Translations under genes and position numbers: made by a program
Assembly (NCBI GenBank): GCA_028534125.1
Contig: CM052839.1
Coordinates: forward strand, 14,012,001 to 14,076,000
Origin: Lama glama
Lineage: Eukaryota
Length of the DNA stretch: 64,000 bases
Direction of reading: 5' to 3'
The notes under the pieces: model-generated
Database searches by the model: none
Seen by the model: only the letters and a program-made list of their open reading frames with translations
Told to the model about the DNA's origin: nothing
Shown here: piece after piece, positions 57,201 to 63,520 of the stretch
Position numbering within the stretch: position 1 is the first letter of the stretch
Layout of the letters: each line of letters opens with the position of its first letter

Positions 57201-60200
57201 GGGGGAGGGTCAGGAGGAGGCAGGGCGAACAGCTCGGACACGAACAGGTGGTGGGACAGGATGGGCAGGCGCGGTCTGCACTTTGCTCTCAGACAAAATC
57301 GCTGAAGGGGCTGGGGACGGACACGCCATCCAGACTGGACCAGGATAGGGCTGCTCAGAGCCCAGGCTGGGACGAGACCCCTTCCTCGAAGTGATCCGGG
57401 GGAAGTTTGTTGCGTCTCTGTCCTGTGCCTGTCTGTGCCCAGCGTCCCCTTGTTCAATCCTCCAGAAGCTCTGGGAGGCCGAGGCTGTTCTTCCCAAACT
57501 AGACAGGAAGACTGAGCCCCAAGCAGGCGGCAGCTCACCAAAGTCCCGAGACTATCTCCTGCCGTTTCCCAAGATGGAACCCCAAGCCCTCCCTCTAACC
57601 TGTGCCCTCATACCTTGTTCCACCAGCTTTTGGGTCCAACCTCTTCCCAGGGGCCCCCATGGTGCAGGCAGGCAGCTCCAGGGCCCAGGCGGCAGGATGG
57701 GGGATGGGTGGGTACGTGCAGCCAGGGTTGGTGGGTCTCCCCCTGCAGCCAGAAGCGGAACCAAAGTAGACTCCAGGCTCTTGGCTTGGGGCCAGGCTCC
57801 GGGTCCTGGGTTAGCTGGACGGGGGGCTGCACGAGGGCAGGACCAGCTCGCTGGAAAGAGTTCAGCTTCTGCACACGAGGCATGACCACAGCAAAACGTC
57901 CAGGGCTTGCCTGGCGCCGCTCACCTGCCCTGGGCAGGGGCCCCGGGGCCCCAGTGGGCACCAAGGGGGATGGGGTGCTGGGCAGGGTCCCCCAGCGGCG
58001 CCATGGTGGCCATGTGGCCCTCATCTGGTCGGATACAGTCAGTGGGTGGGAGAGGCTGAGTCTTAGTGCTTTCTGCTCTGGAAGGGAATCCTTGGGGGGT
58101 TTCAGAGTGGGGGGCTCAGGCTCTGCTGGTGGCTGGGGATCCCGTGTGCAGCCCTCTTCTTCTGGCTTCTTGGGGGTCAGGCTGGCTGATTTGCTCAGCT
58201 GTCCAGACCCTGGGTCGTGGTGTCTACCCAGAAAGATCCTGGTTGAGTCAGAGGCTGTGTCCTTAGGCTGGAGAGCAGGGGAGGGCACTGGGCCCACGTG
58301 CTGGAGGAAGGGGTTTTTGGGTACAGGGGGTGGTCTGGAGAAGCCACGGAGGCTGCTAGGGCCTCCTGGCCAGGGCGAGGGTGGGCGCTGGGTGGGAGGC
58401 ACGTCCACGTCCCAGCTGGGGGCCAGCGGGGGCATGGTCCAGGGCATCTCTGAGTCCTCTGGCTCGCGTTGGCTCTCCTGGAGCTCAGAGGCAGCGGCAG
58501 CTGCTCGCCAAGACGCGGGACGGGGGCGCAGCGGGAAGGCCTGGCGCTGCCTGGGCTTCACTGCTCCTGTGGGCGGCTCGCTGAGGCGGCGCCACGTGTG
58601 CGGGAGGCGCGAGGGCAGGTTGAGGGAGCGGCGCCGCGGGCTGGGGCCCAGCAGAGGGGGCGGCGAGGGCGGCCATGGGGAGCCCAGCGCGGGCGAGTAG
58701 GGCGCGCCCGGGTGCTCCGAGGCTCCGCGCGGGGACAGGGGCTCTCGCAGCGAGCGGGGATGGCCGGGCGGGGGTGAGAAGGGCGGCCGGAAAGGGCCGG
58801 CGCGGAAGGAGGGCTGAGGGGACAGGGGCGCCGCGGAGGAGCGGTAGCCCAGGCCAGGCAGGCTCCTGAGTGAGGGCAGCGGGGAAGACCTTGGGAAGCC
58901 GAAGGCAGCCCCCCGCCAGCGTGAGCCCCTGAAGGAGGGCCGGGGTCCGGGGAAGGCCAGCAGATCGGGGGGACCCTCGGGAATCAGAGGAGGGGGCTCC
59001 GCCAAGGCCCACCAGTTGGCCTGGGGTGCGAGGGGCACGTGAGCCGGGGCCGCCCAGGGCGGCGGGTGCCGGCGGAGGGAGCCGTAGGGCGAGGCCGGCG
59101 GCGGGGGCAGGCCGGGCACGAAGCCCGCGAGGCCTGGGGCGAGGGCCGGGGCTGGCGGCGGGCCAGGGCTCGGGCTGGGGGCCCGCGGGGCGGGGGGCGG
59201 GCCGTGGGAGTTGTTGTTGTTGCGTGCGCGCGCCTGCGCCCTCCGCAGCACGATGGGCGTGCCAGGCCGCTCAGGGTCCATGCCCGCCAGCTTGTAGCCG
59301 AAACGCTTGTAGGCCGCCTCCCTGACCGCCGGGCCTCCCGGCCGGGCCTTCTGACTGCCCTTAAGCCGCGGGATGGGCTCCTTTTCCGACAGGGTGTTTC
59401 TGAGGAACCGCGCCAGCGAGGTGGCCGGGCGCGGCGCGGGGCGGCTGAGATCGCGGCCAAAGCCCAGGCCCCGGGGGGCGCCGAAGGCCGAGAGGGCGCG
59501 CTGGAGGCGGCACTGGCGCGGTGTGAGGAAGCCCCAGAAGGGGTGGGCGTAGGGCATCGGGGACAGCGGCGGCATCTCGTCCTCTTCCTCCTCTTCGTCC
59601 GCATCCCCCAAGGGCAGAGGGATGTCCAGGGAGGGCGGCAGGGGCACCTCCAGCTTCTCCTTCCCGAACAGCTTCACTTGGGGCCGGGGGAACAGGCGGA
59701 ACCTGCGGATGAGGGACAGCTTGGACCTGGCGGGCTTGTCCATGCCGTGCTGCTCGAAGAAAGCAGCGCTGGGCAGGCGGAAAGAGGTGCCCTGCCGCTC
59801 GCCGCCCGCCTCCTCGGGCTCCTCCAGCTCCGCGATGTCATCCATGGGGTGGGCATACGGGTTGTGAGGCGACAGGATGGGCGGTGGCACCCATGGATAC
59901 GGGAAGGCCGACGGCTCCGGCTGAAGATACGGCGCCTCGGGGGGGTAGATGGCCTGGTCTCCGCCACCATAGATGCCTTCAGCGTAGGGGACGCCCTGGG
60001 AGGCGCCGTAGGGGGCGCCGTAGGGCACGGCGTAGGGGTCCAGGTAGGGCGCGGCGTACGGAAGGTCGTACGCCAGGTCGTCCGCGAGGTCGTAGGGCGG
60101 GTAGAGAGCGTCGGAAGCGGCGTAGGAGTCCAGGTAGTAGCCGTGCGGCGGCGCCGCGTATGCGTCGTAGTTGCCGTGGGGAGATGAGGGCCGCGACGGC

Positions 60201-61147
60201 GGCGCGTAGGGCGGCTCATAGTCGCCGTAGTCGCCGTAGTGGCTGTAGCCGTAGGCGTAGTCGGGGTGGAAGGATCCGCCGTAGTAGTCGTACGGGTCCT
60301 CCGGCAGGTACCCGCGCAGGTGGTCTCCGTAGGGCGGCCAGGCCGGGCCGCGGGGGCCGTGGGCGCCCAGGGAGGGGTCCTCCTCGTACTGGTACAGCGA
60401 CTGCTGGTCGTAGTAGTCGTCGCCCTCGCGGTGGTAGTCGTAGTACTCGCCCAGGTCCTGGAAGCCCTCGAGCCCGTAGAGCGACCTGCGGGAGCCTGAG
60501 TGCCGGAACGGGGCCTCGTCCTCGAAGGGCAGGAAGCCCACGGGCTCGCCCGACGCGTAGATGCTGTGGGCGCGCGGGAACCTCCGCAGGCGGCCCCCGG
60601 GCCGCAGGATCTCGGCGCCTGACGGGAAGGGCAGCTTGCGCGAGCCCACGCGGGAGTCCGAGCGGTCCAGCCAGGCGTCCAGCGTGGCCTGCGCGCTGCC
60701 CGACTCCTCGGCCTTCTTGATGAGGAACTTCTTGGTGAGCCAGTTGATGGCCGTGGACGCCTTGCTGAGCGACCGGGCACGTGGGCGCAGGCGGCCGTAG
60801 CCTCGACGGCCCGGGAAGCGGATCACCATGAAAGACGGCTTCTTGCCCTTCATGGCGCGCTTCTTTTTGCCCACGCGCATCTGCGTCATGAGCTTCGATG
60901 TGGACTTGAGCACGGTGCGTGCCTTCTTNNNNNNNNNNNNNNNNNNNNNNNNNNNNNNNNNNNNNNNNNNNNNNNNNNNNNNNNNNNNNNNNNNNNNNNN
61001 NNNNNNNNNNNNNNNNNNNNNNNNNNNNNNNNNNNNNNNNNNNNNNNNNNNNNNNNNNNNNNNNNNNNNNNNNNNNNNNNNNNNNNNNNNNNNNNNNNNN
61101 NNNNNNNNNNNNNNNNNNNNNNNNNNNNNNNNNNNNNNNNTCGCCAT
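18134..61147 (-). CDS. MYO15A: Unconventional myosin XVa, full multi-exon CDS (exons 2-66, about 3506 aa)
   Basis: Pro/Tyr-rich N-terminal extension, motor domain ([23 protein letters not shown]), IQ motifs, MyTH4-FERM-SH3-MyTH4-FERM tail and C-terminal ITLL; 65 exons joined in frame with GT-AG sites. Confidence 0.98.
19300..19790. mobile_element. LINE-2 3' fragments
   Basis: L2-type motifs (ctgtgagggccaggg...cagagcctaccatgtag; tgctgggcactgtgcta...gctgacattctagtggg); boundaries approximate. Confidence 0.5.
21243..21383 (-). CDS. MYO15A: MYO15A exon 65
   Basis: [14 protein letters not shown]...MQLQLEQ; AG/GT. Confidence 0.93.
21831..21964 (-). CDS. MYO15A: MYO15A exon 64
   Basis: [18 protein letters not shown]...STETH; AG/GT. 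Confidence 0.93.
22274..22407 (-). CDS. MYO15A: MYO15A exon 63
   Basis: [12 protein letters not shown]...ARAQFL; AG/GT. Confidence 0.93.
23021..23154 (-). CDS. MYO15A: MYO15A exon 62
   Basis: [10 protein letters not shown]...KDHFYLPT; AG/GT. Confidence 0.93.
24016..24176 (-). CDS. MYO15A: MYO15A exon 61
   Basis: [14 protein letters not shown]...TMHYNQ; AG/GT. Confidence 0.93.
24710..25144 (+). mobile_element. MaLR LTR (MLT1C/D-like)
   Basis: ggcagaagggact...gagccaagg...ctccagaagctgcaaaagg...cctagagcctccag...gatttgttttggcagcagcaacaggagacgaatac. Confidence 0.75.
25835..25931 (-). CDS. MYO15A: MYO15A exon 60
   Basis: [13 protein letters not shown]...VVTNR; AG/GT. Confidence 0.93.
26265..26342 (-). 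CDS. MYO15A: MYO15A exon 59 (start of second FERM)
   Basis: [26 protein letters not shown]; AG/GT. Confidence 0.93.
26530..26624 (-). CDS. MYO15A: MYO15A exon 58
   Basis: [31 protein letters not shown]; AG/GT. Confidence 0.93.
27586..27716 (-). CDS. MYO15A: MYO15A exon 57
   Basis: [13 protein letters not shown]...PGLPFQ; AG/GT. Confidence 0.93.
28350..28855 (+). mobile_element. Old ERVL/MaLR-type LTR (LTR16/MLT1-like)
   Basis: gattggtttagagatgggcatg...ctggatccagctatgcctgaag...ttgcttaaaccag...gtcacttgcagccaagaa. Confidence 0.6.
29084..29166 (-). CDS. MYO15A: MYO15A exon 56
   Basis: [27 protein letters not shown]; AG/GT. Confidence 0.93.
29338..29411 (-). CDS. MYO15A: MYO15A exon 55
   Basis: [24 protein letters not shown]; AG/GT. 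Confidence 0.93.
29629..29701 (-). CDS. MYO15A: MYO15A exon 54 (start of second MyTH4)
   Basis: [24 protein letters not shown]; AG/GT. Confidence 0.93.
29722..29855. repeat. 38-bp G-rich minisatellite, about 3.5 copies
   Basis: cctgtgac recurs at 29745, 29783 and 29821. Confidence 0.95.
30080..30152 (-). CDS. MYO15A: MYO15A exon 53
   Basis: [24 protein letters not shown]; AG/GT. Confidence 0.92.
30394..30509 (-). CDS. MYO15A: MYO15A exon 52
   Basis: [10 protein letters not shown]...[18 protein letters not shown]; AG/GT. Confidence 0.92.
30979..31157 (-). CDS. MYO15A: MYO15A exon 51 (SH3 end)
   Basis: [20 protein letters not shown]...EVGRRRE; AG/GT. Confidence 0.94.
31485..31559 (-). CDS. 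MYO15A: MYO15A exon 50
   Basis: [24 protein letters not shown]; AG/GT. Confidence 0.93.
31644..31755 (-). CDS. MYO15A: MYO15A exon 49 (SH3 start)
   Basis: [29 protein letters not shown]; AG/GT. Confidence 0.94.
32197..32338 (-). CDS. MYO15A: MYO15A exon 48
   Basis: [17 protein letters not shown]...FILELKK; AG/GT. Confidence 0.94.
32943..33238 (+). mobile_element. MER2/Tigger-family MITE (TcMar-Tigger)
   Basis: Degenerate terminal inverted repeats cagccatccctcagtatc ... gatacggagggcccactg followed by TA; internal gctcaagtccct...tgcatataac. Confidence 0.8.
33332..33450 (-). CDS. MYO15A: MYO15A exon 47
   Basis: [24 protein letters not shown]...LRTY; AG/GT. Confidence 0.93.
33506..33604. repeat. 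33-bp G-rich minisatellite, 3 copies, abutting the exon 46 donor
   Basis: tgggcggggagggggcgggcggggctcgYRccg at 33506, 33539 and 33572. Confidence 0.95.
33603..33718 (-). CDS. MYO15A: MYO15A exon 46
   Basis: [17 protein letters not shown]...YFSRLFPAT; AG/GT. Confidence 0.93.
33999..34074 (-). CDS. MYO15A: MYO15A exon 45
   Basis: [25 protein letters not shown]; AG/GT. Confidence 0.93.
34514..34573 (-). CDS. MYO15A: MYO15A exon 44
   Basis: [20 protein letters not shown]; AG/GT. Confidence 0.94.
34704..34825 (-). CDS. MYO15A: MYO15A exon 43
   Basis: LPSRSLEP...[10 protein letters not shown]; AG/GT. Confidence 0.93.
35090..35390 (-). mobile_element. LINE-2 fragment
   Basis: ggcctctctgaggaggtgatgtttgag...ctaggcagagggaacagcaagggcaaaggccctgaggcaggaatgagcttggtgtgt. 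Confidence 0.7.
35761..35833 (-). CDS. MYO15A: MYO15A exon 42
   Basis: [24 protein letters not shown]; AG/GT. Confidence 0.9.
35965..36070 (-). CDS. MYO15A: MYO15A exon 41
   Basis: [25 protein letters not shown]; AG/GT. Confidence 0.92.
36389..36521 (-). CDS. MYO15A: MYO15A exon 40
   Basis: [28 protein letters not shown]; AG/GT. Confidence 0.93.
36602..36782 (-). CDS. MYO15A: MYO15A exon 39
   Basis: [24 protein letters not shown]...ASPET; AG/GT. Confidence 0.92.
36937..37014 (-). CDS. MYO15A: MYO15A exon 38
   Basis: [26 protein letters not shown]; AG/GT. Confidence 0.9.
37088..37155 (-). CDS. MYO15A: MYO15A exon 37
   Basis: [22 protein letters not shown]; AG/GT. Confidence 0.93.
37352..37472 (-). 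CDS. MYO15A: MYO15A exon 36
   Basis: [20 protein letters not shown]...PPEPKPKP; AG/GT. Confidence 0.9.
37976..38070 (-). CDS. MYO15A: MYO15A exon 35
   Basis: [31 protein letters not shown]; AG/GT. Confidence 0.93.
38160..38225 (-). mobile_element. MIR core fragment overlapping the 3' end and donor of exon 34
   Basis: tacaaatggggagactgaggcccagagagggacagcgacccaccaag|gtcaaccagc matches the MIR core seen in intronic copies in this window. Confidence 0.7.
38177..38337 (-). CDS. MYO15A: MYO15A exon 34
   Basis: [11 protein letters not shown]...[16 protein letters not shown]; AG/GT. Confidence 0.92.
38571..38762 (-). CDS. MYO15A: MYO15A exon 33
   Basis: [16 protein letters not shown]...[12 protein letters not shown]; AG/GT. 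Confidence 0.92.
38956..39028 (-). CDS. MYO15A: MYO15A exon 32
   Basis: [23 protein letters not shown]; AG/GT. Confidence 0.93.
39320..39501 (-). CDS. MYO15A: MYO15A exon 31
   Basis: [18 protein letters not shown]...[10 protein letters not shown]; AG/GT. Confidence 0.93.
39936..39991. repeat. 26-bp tandem duplication
   Basis: cagcagctgcaagggggaacctYggg, two copies. Confidence 0.9.
40350..40500 (+). mobile_element. MIR SINE
   Basis: tttaatcctcaca...ccccattttataggtgaggaaactcaggctcagagatgttaagtaacttgcccaaggtcacccagc. Confidence 0.85.
40745..40980 (-). CDS. MYO15A: MYO15A exon 30 (first MyTH4)
   Basis: ILRFMGDP...[10 protein letters not shown]...[11 protein letters not shown]; AG/GT. Confidence 0.95.
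41898..41993 (-). CDS. MYO15A: MYO15A exon 29
   Basis: [32 protein letters not shown]; AG/GT. Confidence 0.93.
42424..42554 (-). CDS. MYO15A: MYO15A exon 28
   Basis: [31 protein letters not shown]; AG/GT. Confidence 0.93.
42634..42715 (-). CDS. MYO15A: MYO15A exon 27
   Basis: [27 protein letters not shown]; AG/GT. Confidence 0.93.
42815..42868 (-). CDS. MYO15A: MYO15A exon 26 (54 nt)
   Basis: [18 protein letters not shown]; cctgcag|...|gtgggt. Confidence 0.88.
43599..43683 (-). CDS. MYO15A: MYO15A exon 25
   Basis: [28 protein letters not shown]; AG/GT. Confidence 0.93.
44163..44338 (-). CDS. MYO15A: MYO15A exon 24 (converter and IQ motifs)
   Basis: LFLKE...LQRCLRGF...[11 protein letters not shown]; AG/GT. 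Confidence 0.95.
44652..44769 (-). CDS. MYO15A: MYO15A exon 23
   Basis: YRCLVAL...NMYRVGVSK; AG/GT. Confidence 0.93.
45230..45354 (-). CDS. MYO15A: MYO15A exon 22
   Basis: [31 protein letters not shown]; AG/GT. Confidence 0.95.
45522..45567 (-). CDS. MYO15A: MYO15A exon 21
   Basis: [15 protein letters not shown]; AG/GT. Confidence 0.94.
45678..45826 (-). CDS. MYO15A: MYO15A exon 20
   Basis: VVAHLFSSH...[18 protein letters not shown]; AG/GT. Confidence 0.94.
46345..46422 (-). CDS. MYO15A: MYO15A exon 19
   Basis: [26 protein letters not shown]; AG/GT. Confidence 0.94.
46920..47015 (+). mobile_element. MIR SINE fragment
   Basis: ccccattttccagatgaggaaactgaggctcagagaggtaaagtga. Confidence 0.8.
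47092..47217 (-). CDS. MYO15A: MYO15A exon 18
   Basis: [11 protein letters not shown]...[13 protein letters not shown]; AG/GT. Confidence 0.94.
47727..47858 (-). CDS. MYO15A: MYO15A exon 17
   Basis: [10 protein letters not shown]...[14 protein letters not shown]; AG/GT. Confidence 0.94.
48277..48372 (-). CDS. MYO15A: MYO15A exon 16
   Basis: [32 protein letters not shown]; AG/GT. Confidence 0.95.
48600..48765 (-). mobile_element. MIR SINE
   Basis: actatgtggccctgggcaa...ctcagtttccccatctttaaaatgggg...agtgcttaggacag. Confidence 0.8.
49313..49436 (-). CDS. MYO15A: MYO15A exon 15 (switch II)
   Basis: DAIAKVLY...[10 protein letters not shown]; AG/GT. Confidence 0.95.
49522..49580 (-). CDS. MYO15A: MYO15A exon 14
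   Basis: [19 protein letters not shown]; AG/GT. Confidence 0.94.
50172..50285 (-). CDS. MYO15A: MYO15A exon 13
   Basis: [22 protein letters not shown]...TFKVT; AG/GT. Confidence 0.94.
50340..51090 (+). mobile_element. Decayed old L1 ORF2-region fragment
   Basis: A-rich strand-asymmetric tract with L1-like motifs (ggatccccacctcac, aaagagctct, aaagatggaca). Confidence 0.5.
50462..50536 (+). mobile_element. Young 5'-truncated L1 3' tail with target-site duplication
   Basis: tgacacagcgttgtaaactgactataacccaataaa plus A-rich tail, flanked by aaaacagagtgtc and aaaacagagggtc. Confidence 0.7.
51201..51362 (-). CDS. MYO15A: MYO15A exon 12
   Basis: [11 protein letters not shown]...[17 protein letters not shown]; AG/GT. 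Confidence 0.95.
51868..51981 (-). CDS. MYO15A: MYO15A exon 11
   Basis: [16 protein letters not shown]...YYYLNQ; AG/GT. Confidence 0.95.
52792..52855 (-). CDS. MYO15A: MYO15A exon 10
   Basis: [21 protein letters not shown]; AG/GT. Confidence 0.95.
52951..53054 (-). CDS. MYO15A: MYO15A exon 9 (switch I)
   Basis: [28 protein letters not shown]; AG/GT. Confidence 0.95.
53284..53289 (-). CDS. MYO15A: MYO15A exon 8, 6-nt microexon (IK)
   Basis: Pyrimidine tract, then ctgaag|ATAAAG|gtactc; supplies the IK of QQ-IK-ILEATP. Confidence 0.88.
53648..53738 (-). CDS. MYO15A: MYO15A exon 7 (P-loop)
   Basis: [30 protein letters not shown]; AG/GT. Confidence 0.96.
53949..54023 (-). CDS. MYO15A: MYO15A exon 6
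   Basis: [24 protein letters not shown]; AG/GT. Confidence 0.95.
54351..54460 (-). CDS. MYO15A: MYO15A exon 5
   Basis: [27 protein letters not shown]; AG/GT. Confidence 0.95.
55139..55202 (-). CDS. MYO15A: MYO15A exon 4
   Basis: [21 protein letters not shown]; AG/GT. Confidence 0.95.
55574..55653 (-). CDS. MYO15A: MYO15A exon 3 (begins with ATG; start of the short isoform)
   Basis: cag|[29 protein letters not shown]; donor gtgagt. Confidence 0.95.
56641..56790 (-). CDS. MYO15A: Alternative first coding exon of MYO15A (50-aa N-terminus, isoform-3-like)
   Basis: Kozak gcaATGg, 50 open codons, phase-0 donor TAC|gtgagt in frame with exon 3, local CpG-rich patch. Confidence 0.75.
57614..61147 (-). 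CDS. MYO15A: MYO15A exon 2 coding part (1178-aa Pro/Tyr-rich N-terminal extension)
   Basis: gccaccATGg start; [17 protein letters not shown]...; donor AAG|gtatga. Confidence 0.96.
60929..61140. other. N run (212 nt) inside exon 2
   Basis: Directly visible. Confidence 0.98.
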
Positions 61148-62049
61148 GGTGGCCGCCCGCTTCCTGATCGGCCGGGTCCGATGTCACAAGCTCAGAGCCT
61201 TGGGAACACGGGGACCTGCTGGGTCTCCTGCCCGTGGCTGGACATGCAGCCTCCTCGGGCTTGGAGCAGCCAGGACTGGCCTCGGTGGCCTGGGGAGGGA
61301 TGGCCAAGCTCCTTCTGGCCAGGACCAGGATTTCAAGAGGGCAGATCCATAATTCATCTCCTCGCGATGCCGCCTAGGGTTTCACTCTCAAGCCTACTGG
61401 AGGCGCGTGGGTATCGTTTACTGGAGGCCAGGGGAAGCCTGGCGGGCCTGTGCTGGCAGAGACCACCTCAGCCTTAGAGTCCCCATGAGGCCCAGTGTGC
61501 TGACCCCAGTCAAGCCCTCCCCGAGCCCCCGCCGGCTCGCCCACCGAAGAGAGTGCTCGGGTCAGTGTCACATCACGAAGAACTGAGCCCTGGAGAGGGG
61601 CAGCCACCCGTCCTGAGTCACCCAGCACACTGTGCGGGGCCACAGGTGGGGCCACGTCTCCTGAGCCAGGGTGGGACGTTCAGAGCCCACCAAGGCACCT
61701 TGGAGGCGAACCTGGGACCCTCCAGGTCCTGGGAAGGGGAGGAGGGGCGGGCAGGGCAGGTGCCCAGGGCTACGGTCAGTGTAACCAGAGCTGGCCAGCC
61801 CTTGGGAGCATGAATAATTTACTGGGGAGAACCAGGCTGCTGGCTCCGAAGGCGGGGCGCAAAGAAGGCACCATGGAGCTCCAGCTGGGCTTGTAAGGCC
61901 ACTGCCTGGCCAAGGTGAGGAGTGCGGAAGAGCAGAGACAGAGGGTGGGGCTGGCCTGGCTGTGATCCCGAGCTCTGCCGCTGCCTGGCTCTGTGGTCTC
62001 AGGAAAGCCCTCTGCCCTCTCTGGGCCTCAGTCTCTTCATCTGGAGGAT

Positions 62050-62942
62050 GGGAGTGATAACCTTGCCCTGTCTCCTTCCCAAAGAGATGGATGTGACAGA
62101 GTTGCCTGGCAGGGTATGTGGTGTCCCTACCTGGCCCTGCCTCTCCTCCCAGTTTGCCCCTGCTGAGAAAGCGGTGGCCATGTGGTCCTTGCCTCTCTGG
62201 GTGCAGCTGATTCCTCCAGGGTGGACACTTGACCTCAGGCCATGTGCCCAGTCTGGCCAGTGACCAGATCGCTTTTAAAACTCTACTGTAAGAGGTAGGG
62301 CTTGTTAGACAGAGGGGGGTGGGGGCAGAACGTAGAGGTAGCAGTTGTAGGACCCGAGGCCTCAGGAGCACCTCACTTCCCCCCCGCATCCTGTCACTCT
62401 CTGCTCTTCCTCCCCCAAGAGCCAGTCGGCGCTCTGCAGTCCTGGAGGTGGTGCTAAGGGCTGGTGGCGTCTGCTGCAGGTGCCCCGGGGAGTGGAAGCG
62501 GCACTTGATGGACACTGGGAAATCAGGGGTGGGGTGGACACAGGAACTGGGCCTCTGCCGCGGGGGATTCTGGGCTGGGGCCGCTGCCCGCTTGAGGAAA
62601 ACGAGGGGCAGGGGTTTCACCCTTTCTGAGCCCAGAGATGCCCCTACCCCCCAGTGCTCCTTCTGGAGCCGGTGTCCAAATTAAGGCCCCGGCCACCATG
62701 ATCGTGAGAGACTCTCACAACGGGGGTGGGGTGGGAAGTATGATCTCCACTCTCTGGGGAAGGAAACAGCCTCCGAGAGGTGAAGTGACTTGCTCAGGAT
62801 CAACCAGCTTGAGGTGGGGTGGGTCCCGGGCCACCTTCCTTGCTAGGCCCGGGGAGGAGAGGCAGGGCCAGGTAGGGACACCTGCCTGGCACCTCTGTCA
62901 CGTCCATTCCTCTGTGAAGGAGACAGCAGGGTTATCACTCCC
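62050..62942. repeat. Inverted repeat pair (62050-62150 and 62852-62942)
   Basis: 31-nt perfect reverse-complement core plus about 60 nt of imperfect extension. Confidence 0.88.
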
Positions 62943-63169
62943 TAGGCCCTGGGCCTTGCTTGCCTCCAGGCTCCTGGGTGCTCGGGCCCTCATGTGGGAG
63001 GGGAACAGCTCTGACCCTGGGCGGAGCTGACTGCAGAGCCTGGGCCTTCCGGGAGTTCCGGGCTGCAGGGCCCTGCTCAAACCCCTGGGAAGTCGGCCTG
63101 TATCCCTGTATCCCTGCTTGGCCTGCCCCCCTCCCCCACCCCCCCCAGGAGCCTGCGGCTGGCACACGT

Positions 63170-63520
63170 TGGCTTGTTAGTTCATTCACTTGTTCGGAGG
63201 TACTTGATGTTTGGAAGCCCACTGTGCACCAGACACCAAGCACCAGGGACACAGCTAAGGAGGAAACAGAAACCTGCCTCAAGGAGCTGACACTTGGCGC
63301 AGCGACGGCAACAAACAAGGAAAGAAGCAAAAAAAAGTAGGTCAGGTGATGTAAGTGCTGGTGGTGAGATAAAGCGGGGAGGTGGGTGTGCAGTGCTGAC
63401 CAGGGGCTGGCCATGGCTCCTGGGAGTGACCCGGGCCGAGAGCTGTGGAAGGGGAGGGACAGAGGCCTCGGGGAGCACGAGGGTCCTGACGTGCCGGAGG
63501 AACAGCAAGGCCAGTGGAGT
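63170..63520 (-). mobile_element. LINE-2 3' fragment
   Basis: ttcattcacttgtt...cactgtgcaccagacacc...cctgcctcaaggagctgaca...aacagcaaggccagtggag. Confidence 0.6.

Noticed and set aside
57615-61307. Long alternative-frame and antisense ORFs over exon 2 (361, 382, 368, 363 aa)
   Set aside because: Expected shadows of a very GC-rich, stop-poor coding exon; low-complexity Arg/Pro/Gly products with no independent signals
61568-62620. 350-aa minus-strand ORF upstream of exon 2
   Set aside because: Includes translated MIR sequence (EETEAQRG) and has no ATG context or homology support
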